A stretch of DNA of 43,338 nucleotides from a virus (lineage: Duplodnaviria > Heunggongvirae > Uroviricota > Caudoviricetes): IMG/VR virus record IMGVR_UViG_3300042868_009434, one strand, 5' to 3'. The translations under genes were made by a program, and so were the position numbers. Positions 39,001 to 43,338 of this stretch are shown here, in pieces (within the stretch, counting starts at the first letter, position 1; every line of letters begins with the position of its first letter). Under the pieces are notes generated by a model. The model made no database searches. It was not told the origin of the DNA and was given only the letters and a program-made list of their open reading frames with translations.

Positions 39001-41123
39001 GTTTCATTAGCTAAAACTTTATTAACAACAACATTTAAAGATGACGGATGGTCAACAACTATTTTCCAAGTTAAAGTACCAGTACGAGAAGTATTTTTAT
39101 AAGTATAAACAGGTTCCGGTCTTCCAAGAAATTCAGATGTGTTCCAATTTGCAGATACTTGTTCACTAAATGTTAAACCATATGGTGGAAACCACATAAC
39201 TCGACCTCCATTAGGACCTCTCTCACAAACAGGTAAATCAGAAATCGCATAACCAGGAGTACTTGATGTTCTCCACGCCAAATTTTCTAATGAAAACATA
39301 TACTTTTTAGCATATGCGTCATTTTGAGTTCCAATCAAATTAGTCGAATCTTGCCCACCTTCTTGTTTGTTTGGAGCAATATTTAAATTGTAGGTGTTAT
39401 CAAATACTGAATCTGAAAATCTTCTACCCGATGTTGTAATACCATCTACTTTTTGTAAATCATTGTATTGTAGGTATGGTACATCTTTTGCAAAAATACG
39501 ACAATACTCTGTTCCAACTTCTTGTCCCACAGCACCAACATATCGATATACTCTTGAACCTTTAGTAATTTCTTTATATCCATCATGGAAAACTTTACTA
39601 ACTTGGTCAATCGCATTACCTACGTGTTGTAATCTTCGACCTCCTTGAGGTTGGCTATTAATGATTCTCTGAGTATCATCTAAGATAGAACCTCCTTTAA
39701 AAGTTATGTTTGTCGATTCAGTTGTATTATATGATGATGGTTTAAAATCCTCATCTTGATTTGTTACAACCCCACCTAATCCAACTTTTTTTCCGGCATT
39801 ATCTTTATACTTTGGAGAAACCCAAGTAAAACCTCCTTCAATACCACCACCATTAGAATATGTAGGACCATTAGCACCTAACCTAACTTCTTTACTTGGT
39901 CCTTCATAAAGTTGTGCTAACTCTTGAGGTCCATATACCGGTGATTGTTGTTCTTTTCCAAATTGGTCAACAGGTAAGTCCCCACCAGGAGAAAACACTC
40001 GAGATGGTTCAGATGTTATAGAACCAACATAATAGTTACTATTATCAGAAAGAGTCCCTGTTATTGCACCTAATACTCTATCAAATACACCTCTAACAAA
40101 ATTTGGTTTATATTTGTTGTAATCAATGTTTTTAAATAAACGAGACTTTTGACCGGCCCCTGTATTATTATAAAAAATTTGTGAACCTGTTTGTGTTCCC
40201 CCTAATAGTTGATTAAAGAAATTACCAATACCTGTTCCAGCAATTGCGTTTGTAACTTGTTGAATTGTTGTAGGTTGACCCGGATTAATCATTGGGTCAA
40301 AATAAGAACCCGGTATTAAAGAAACAGGTAAAATACTCCCACCTAACCTTAACGCAAAATCAGCAGCGGCAGTTATTGGATTTGCGGGTACCGTTATTTG
40401 CCAATTTGGTTCTAATATTGGAACTTGTCCTGATAAAATATTAACTAAATCAGTACCACTTGTTACATTTAAAATGTTGGCTTGCCCTATCGTCTCTAAC
40501 CTAATTCTTGTCGCTATTCTTTCTTGGAATTCTCTTCTAAGAGTCTGAGCACCTAAACGAGCAATATATGAATCTTGACTTAAATTACCATTACTACCGG
40601 TTGGGTTAGTTGATAATAAGATTGATAAAGGAGAATACGATGATGCAACAATTGGACCAGGATATGGTTGTCCGTTACCTTGTCGGTCTTGGTCAGGTCT
40701 AACTGTTTCTAAACTTGAAAATGATTCCGCAGAGTCAAAAACATTTAATCCGTCAGCATAGGCGTTTAAAGGTCTCCATAATCTAACTGCGTCATAACCT
40801 TCATCAACTATATGAGCGTCTTGTTGTCCCGGTCCATATTCACCTTGATTTGAAATGGTATTAGTTAACCCATTTGGGTCAGGAACTTGTTGATATCCTC
40901 CCTCATTACCATATCTATTTAATGGATATAGTTGATTCGCTAATGATGGATTATCAATAAGTTGGTCAGGACTATCAATTACAGAGAAATCCGATGAAAT
41001 ATATTCATACGGAACTTGAACAGAAGGTCTGTTTGGAGATTTAGCATAAGGTACTAAATTTCTCGTTATAAGTTTTTTTCTGAACGAATCCGAGTTAATT
41101 AAATCTAATGGACTATTTGACAT
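36093..41123 (-). CDS. Large tail-tube-initiator-like protein (gp48/gp54-type fold) with inserted OmpA-like domain
   Basis: 1676 aa. MWFPPYGLTFSEQVSANWNTSEFLGRPEPVYTYKNTSRTGTLTW and later PPVLILRVGDFYNTKIIPTSLSLQYE...PMIANVTMGF. Between them FYFENDYP...ITIDASCS...YNTELATRRIESAIKFF...RRAYI. Confidence 0.6.
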   Translation of the reverse strand: MSNSPLDLINSDSFRKKLITRNLVPYAKSPNRPSVQVPYEYISSDFSVIDSPDQLIDNPSLANQLYPLNRYGNEGGYQQVPDPNGLTNTISNQGEYGPGQQDAHIVDEGYDAVRLWRPLNAYADGLNVFDSAESFSSLETVRPDQDRQGNGQPYPGPIVASSYSPLSILLSTNPTGSNGNLSQDSYIARLGAQTLRREFQERIATRIRLETIGQANILNVTSGTDLVNILSGQVPILEPNWQITVPANPITAAADFALRLGGSILPVSLIPGSYFDPMINPGQPTTIQQVTNAIAGTGIGNFFNQLLGGTQTGSQIFYNNTGAGQKSRLFKNIDYNKYKPNFVRGVFDRVLGAITGTLSDNSNYYVGSITSEPSRVFSPGGDLPVDQFGKEQQSPVYGPQELAQLYEGPSKEVRLGANGPTYSNGGGIEGGFTWVSPKYKDNAGKKVGLGGVVTNQDEDFKPSSYNTTESTNITFKGGSILDDTQRIINSQPQGGRRLQHVGNAIDQVSKVFHDGYKEITKGSRVYRYVGAVGQEVGTEYCRIFAKDVPYLQYNDLQKVDGITTSGRRFSDSVFDNTYNLNIAPNKQEGGQDSTNLIGTQNDAYAKKYMFSLENLAWRTSSTPGYAISDLPVCERGPNGGRVMWFPPYGLTFSEQVSANWNTSEFLGRPEPVYTYKNTSRTGTLTWKIVVDHPSSLNVVVNKVLANETNKVRIDSILDSFFAGCRKYDLYELAKKYYTVNPNDLYLLQQAITSKETTKEQTEYIKKTIQVGNNSTTGADTNVSQASSEDLFGKYKDLGFYFENDYPQKNNVSAYPSQYDLYIGNKSVYNSKPNAAQTSEVFETVVTPNYDVMKQLAVDIGKQLSTNSQGIVTITIDASCSAPASPSYNTELATRRIESAIKFFQENENTKKEFGKRLLVNQGKSLGEQTTTLPLASKSRQAPYTLPFVSKQSVNCTDQDSSVVGGDIKVGAKEVYTYGAMACRRAYISAIRSTLNNPTTTPPAQFTTVLEENKVLKTVKEDVVSQEYKPRDNITKRVLRALLSECDYFETIKAETPMVYDNLRDKLKFFQPAFHSTTPEGLNSRLTFLQQCLRPGDTIPTIKEVNGSQQLQYNNATNTSFGAPPVLILRVGDFYNTKIIPTSLSLQYESLDINPEGIGIQPMIANVTMGFNFVGGSGLKESIDKLQNALTFNYYANTEIWDDRADVTSSEEFLKSLDKEFLAMAPPPSPPTLNQAEVENGQNNNSAIGTVTTNEVTATEEKGTLNYSDFMVKVVKETQTYFQTIVNKTKESVNQYNNAVRQQWMLERSYTQGSIRVSENPTVLFGKPSNVEKRFDEIFASLQKNISDGDEGFIQWMSSPSFGFSTKVIRQLKDNYINLVKNKRGSFQNAISKITQDVTNVEQTYIQTLGRANTIIFQGMTDMGTDGYQAKSGPVRVYNTSGTTNVNITSNGVANTLIELVNDINTIKSGITEFNKIISSTYDFTYEGQKYTGILVYGTDTKGKTGTDAPTVEKVFNPFSKNNDFQNDIFKRVYMIISDDILDTKKYETFKTAMIGNIIGNASIIGTGFDDIEKKFDDYWLVKTKPLFLNETNITKSFIDNIEKTPLKNFLIYTPFDKKSREFFYTTLTTATDNKKKSQETMISSLGDTTNRNTDINKWNSEDGVNSLAYISKVKLN

Positions 41124-41138
41124 CTATGATTTTTATTT

Positions 41139-41146
41139 TATAAATA
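41139..41146 (-). promoter_or_regulatory. Putative late-promoter motif TATTTATA
   Basis: 16 nt upstream of ATG 41123. Confidence 0.6.
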
Positions 41147-41151
41147 CATTA

Positions 41152-42948
41152 TTAGTAAGAATTTGACTTAGGTTCTTTTGAATCACCAGGTATTAACCTA
41201 ACAATATAATCCTTAAATCTTGACTCATTAAAGGTAGTATCTAAAATTTGTTTTAGTTGTTCTGATGAAAGTCCTGTAGGAACTTTAACATCAACTTCAA
41301 TTTTTCCTCCAACATCAACAGTACTTTTAGTGGTTATATTTTGATTATTAGAAATTGTTCTTTCATTTTTAATTTTACTAGTGTTTGAATCTATTGGAGC
41401 AGTCTTAGACGGTATTTCAACACCACTTTTTTCTAAAGCAGTATCAACCCCTTTTTTTGTAAGTTGTTCCATTGGTGTATCACCTAATTTACTAGAAACA
41501 TTTTTACCATACTCTTTTAACGCATCAGTAAACTTATTTTGAACTGATTCCATTTGATTACCAACCTTCATTAAGTAATCCGATAATGTTTGAGTTGCAG
41601 GTTTAATACCCTCTTTAAAATCCATCGCCATTGTACCCAAATCTTTCAACGTTGTTTCAACTTCTACCCTAGTACTTTTAGTGTCTCCGAATTTTTTTGA
41701 AGCTTCACCACCTAATACATCCGCAGTTTTTTGAGCTCCAATTATAGTTTCTTTAACAGGTTTTGCGGTTGCGGTACCTCCAAGAAAAGCGTTTTTAATT
41801 GCCGCAACATCCCCTTTAACGGTTTCCGAAATGTTCATTTGAACTCTGGCAATCTCCTCTAAACTCTTTGGCCCGTCTTTTTGTTCTTGTATTAATTTAT
41901 CAAATTCTTTTTGAGTTACTTCTTGTAATTTTTTAGTTTCTTCCGTACCATCTTCATTTTTGATTTTAACTTCATACTCACCATCTTTACCCATTTTAGC
42001 AATATTTGCTAAGAATTGTTTGTCCTCTTCAGTACCTATTGTTATTCCAGCTAAATTAACTGCCGATAGTCTTTTGTCTAGTTCCGCAGCTGCTAACCCC
42101 ATTTTACTCATTTCCGCAGCACTAACACCTGTTTGTTTTTCCATCTCTCTAAGTGTTAACACACCTTGAGGATTTATTTTAAAGGTTTTAGTTTTCTCGT
42201 CAAAATATGTAAATTGTTTTGCAACATCCGCTAAACTATCTTGTAATCCTGATGGGTCATTAATAGACATATTCATTAATTGGAATGGGTCTGCTAATGC
42301 ACCTGCCGATACTCCTAATCTTTGGAATGCCGCCGCGACTTCAATTGCACCTTCAGGGTCTAATACTTTATCCGCCAATCTAAAGGTCTCATTCATATTA
42401 AACCTCAACATTGACGCTTGTGCCGCCATTTTAGTTAAACCAACAACACCACCTTCAAATTGGAACCTATTCATTTGTTCCATATTGCTAGTAACGGATT
42501 TCATTACCGCTTGTGTATTACCACCAATACTTTGAATATATTCTATAGACTCTTCTAATTGTTTAGGAATCTGAGCCAAACCAACACCAATATCTAAAAA
42601 AGAATTGGTCATTTCCCTTGCACTAATACCTAATACTTTCTGAGCCGCGTAAAGTTTTTCAACCTCCTCAGTGCTCGCAATAACATTTCGACCAGATGCA
42701 TCAGCAACTTCACCAATAGTTTTGGCAACATCAGCCATTGACCCACCTAAACGATTGACCATAGGGAGTGCGTCTGCGATACTTGACATTAGTATACCAA
42801 CTCGCTCTCTACCCTGACCAAAAACCTTATTTATCTCAATAGATGATTTTTGTATCTCAACAACGTATGATGCCAATTCTGTCGCAACATCAAGAGAACC
42901 AATAAGTGATTTTTTATATTCTTCCGGTGATTGTTCAGCTGCTTGCAT
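41152..42948 (-). CDS. Tape measure-like protein
   Basis: 598 aa, helical and Ala/Gln/Lys/Met-rich, lying between the chaperone pair and the tube-initiator/LysM/hub genes. Length is similar to T4 gp29. Confidence 0.65.
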   Translation of the reverse strand: MQAAEQSPEEYKKSLIGSLDVATELASYVVEIQKSSIEINKVFGQGRERVGILMSSIADALPMVNRLGGSMADVAKTIGEVADASGRNVIASTEEVEKLYAAQKVLGISAREMTNSFLDIGVGLAQIPKQLEESIEYIQSIGGNTQAVMKSVTSNMEQMNRFQFEGGVVGLTKMAAQASMLRFNMNETFRLADKVLDPEGAIEVAAAFQRLGVSAGALADPFQLMNMSINDPSGLQDSLADVAKQFTYFDEKTKTFKINPQGVLTLREMEKQTGVSAAEMSKMGLAAAELDKRLSAVNLAGITIGTEEDKQFLANIAKMGKDGEYEVKIKNEDGTEETKKLQEVTQKEFDKLIQEQKDGPKSLEEIARVQMNISETVKGDVAAIKNAFLGGTATAKPVKETIIGAQKTADVLGGEASKKFGDTKSTRVEVETTLKDLGTMAMDFKEGIKPATQTLSDYLMKVGNQMESVQNKFTDALKEYGKNVSSKLGDTPMEQLTKKGVDTALEKSGVEIPSKTAPIDSNTSKIKNERTISNNQNITTKSTVDVGGKIEVDVKVPTGLSSEQLKQILDTTFNESRFKDYIVRLIPGDSKEPKSNSY

Positions 42949-42968
42949 AATTTAAAATAGTATTTTAT

Positions 42969-42976
42969 TATAAATA
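42969..42976 (-). promoter_or_regulatory. Putative late-promoter motif TATTTATA
   Basis: Directly after a terminator hairpin, 21 nt upstream of ATG 42948. Confidence 0.6.
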
Positions 42977-42977
42977 C

Positions 42978-43004
42978 AAAAGGACTGAGTTTTCAGTCCT
43001 TTTT
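42978..43004 (-). terminator. Intrinsic terminator overlapping the stop of the small chaperone ORF
   Basis: AAAAGGACTGA-AAAC-TCAGTCCTTTT perfect inverted repeat. Confidence 0.8.
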
Positions 43005-43172
43005 ATTATCTTCTAACCATTTATCTAACAAATATTTTCTAACAAATAAGGGCATTGTTACAAAATCTTGATAAGATATGTTCATTAATTTGTTTAAATA
43101 ATAGAATTCATCTATTTGTCCTTTCCTATAATCAGAAGAAAGGGCGAAAAAAGTCCACCCCAAATCCGACAT
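42993..43172 (-). CDS. Small tail/baseplate assembly chaperone C-terminal ORF (gp51 / GT-like), possibly expressed by frameshift
   Basis: Below the ORF-track cutoff. MSDLGWTFFALSSDYRKGQIDEFYYLNKLMNISYQDFVTMPLFVRKYLLDKWLEDNKKD (59 aa), overlapping the upstream gene by 41 nt in the +1 frame. Confidence 0.7.
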   Translation of the reverse strand: MSDLGWTFFALSSDYRKGQIDEFYYLNKLMNISYQDFVTMPLFVRKYLLDKWLEDNKKD

Positions 43173-43338
43173 TAACTGTCATCTTTTCTCCTGATGGGGT
43201 GCTTACAACTCGACTCATGTCTAATTTTGGTTCATTTTCATTCATAAATTGTCTAATATACTTAGAATCTGAAATAGGCATTTGTTCAACAAATTTAGAT
43301 ATTTCTGACTTATCCGTGTTTCCGTTTACTTCAACAAT
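43132..43338 (-). CDS. T4 gp26-like baseplate hub / tail assembly chaperone, C-terminal part (starts outside the window)
   Basis: Hand translation: IVEVNGNTDKSEISKFVEQMPISDSKYIRQFMNENEPKLDMSRVVSTPSGEKMTVNVGFGVDFFRPFF*. The MP..DS..IR / P.G / DFF ending resembles gp26-like proteins. Confidence 0.7.
   Translation of the reverse strand: MVEVNGNTDKSEISKFVEQMPISDSKYIRQFMNENEPKLDMSRVVSTPSGEKMTVNVGFGVDFFRPFF

Noticed and set aside
2961-42169. Many 60-102 aa ORFs on the plus strand or in alternate minus frames (e.g. 4039-4224, 17419-17718, 21237-21545, 16346-16570, 28406-28600)
   Set aside because: They lie within or opposite long well-supported genes and show no recognisable motifs.
948-42948. Possible stop-codon reassignment (no TAG stops used)
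   Set aside because: All genes are intact and tile densely in the standard code, and 23 of 23 complete annotated genes simply end in TAA. No read-through is needed.
16377-42948. Bacterial eCIS/tailocin locus rather than a phage
   Set aside because: Phage-type replication genes (gp32-, gp41-, UvsX-like) are interleaved, and no host housekeeping context is visible.

Overview
An AT-rich, gene-dense fragment of a large (jumbo-type) myovirus genome. Every credible gene lies on the minus strand and reads in the standard bacterial code. In transcription order (high to low coordinates) it contains: the end of a T4 gp26-like tail/baseplate chaperone overlapping a 59-aa ORF through a likely +1 frameshift site; a tape-measure-like protein; a 1676-aa tail-tube-initiator-like protein with an inserted OmpA-like domain; a LysM/gp53-like wedge protein; a 2566-aa baseplate-hub-like protein with an IPT/TIG domain; two small late genes; a self-contained replication/nucleotide block (gp32-like SSB, RecA/UvsX, 5'-3' exonuclease, hypothetical, DnaB/gp41 helicase, nrdB, nrdA) bounded by terminators and preceded by a host-type promoter; then gp25-like, gp6-like and gpI/gp7-like baseplate genes mixed with large uncharacterised virion genes. 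These include a 1781-aa protein with a multi-pass hydrophobic block, a PKD-like protein, a SprB-repeat protein and a Thr/Pro-repeat protein cut by the window edge. SD-less A/T-rich leaders, SprB/PKD/IPT/carboxypeptidase-regulatory-like domains, an SSB ending DEDLPF and a eukaryote-like RNR point to a Bacteroidota host (inference). Structural genes share a coding-strand TATTTAT(A/T) motif, the reverse complement of the T4 late promoter. All protein calls come from motifs recognised by eye; no database search was run.
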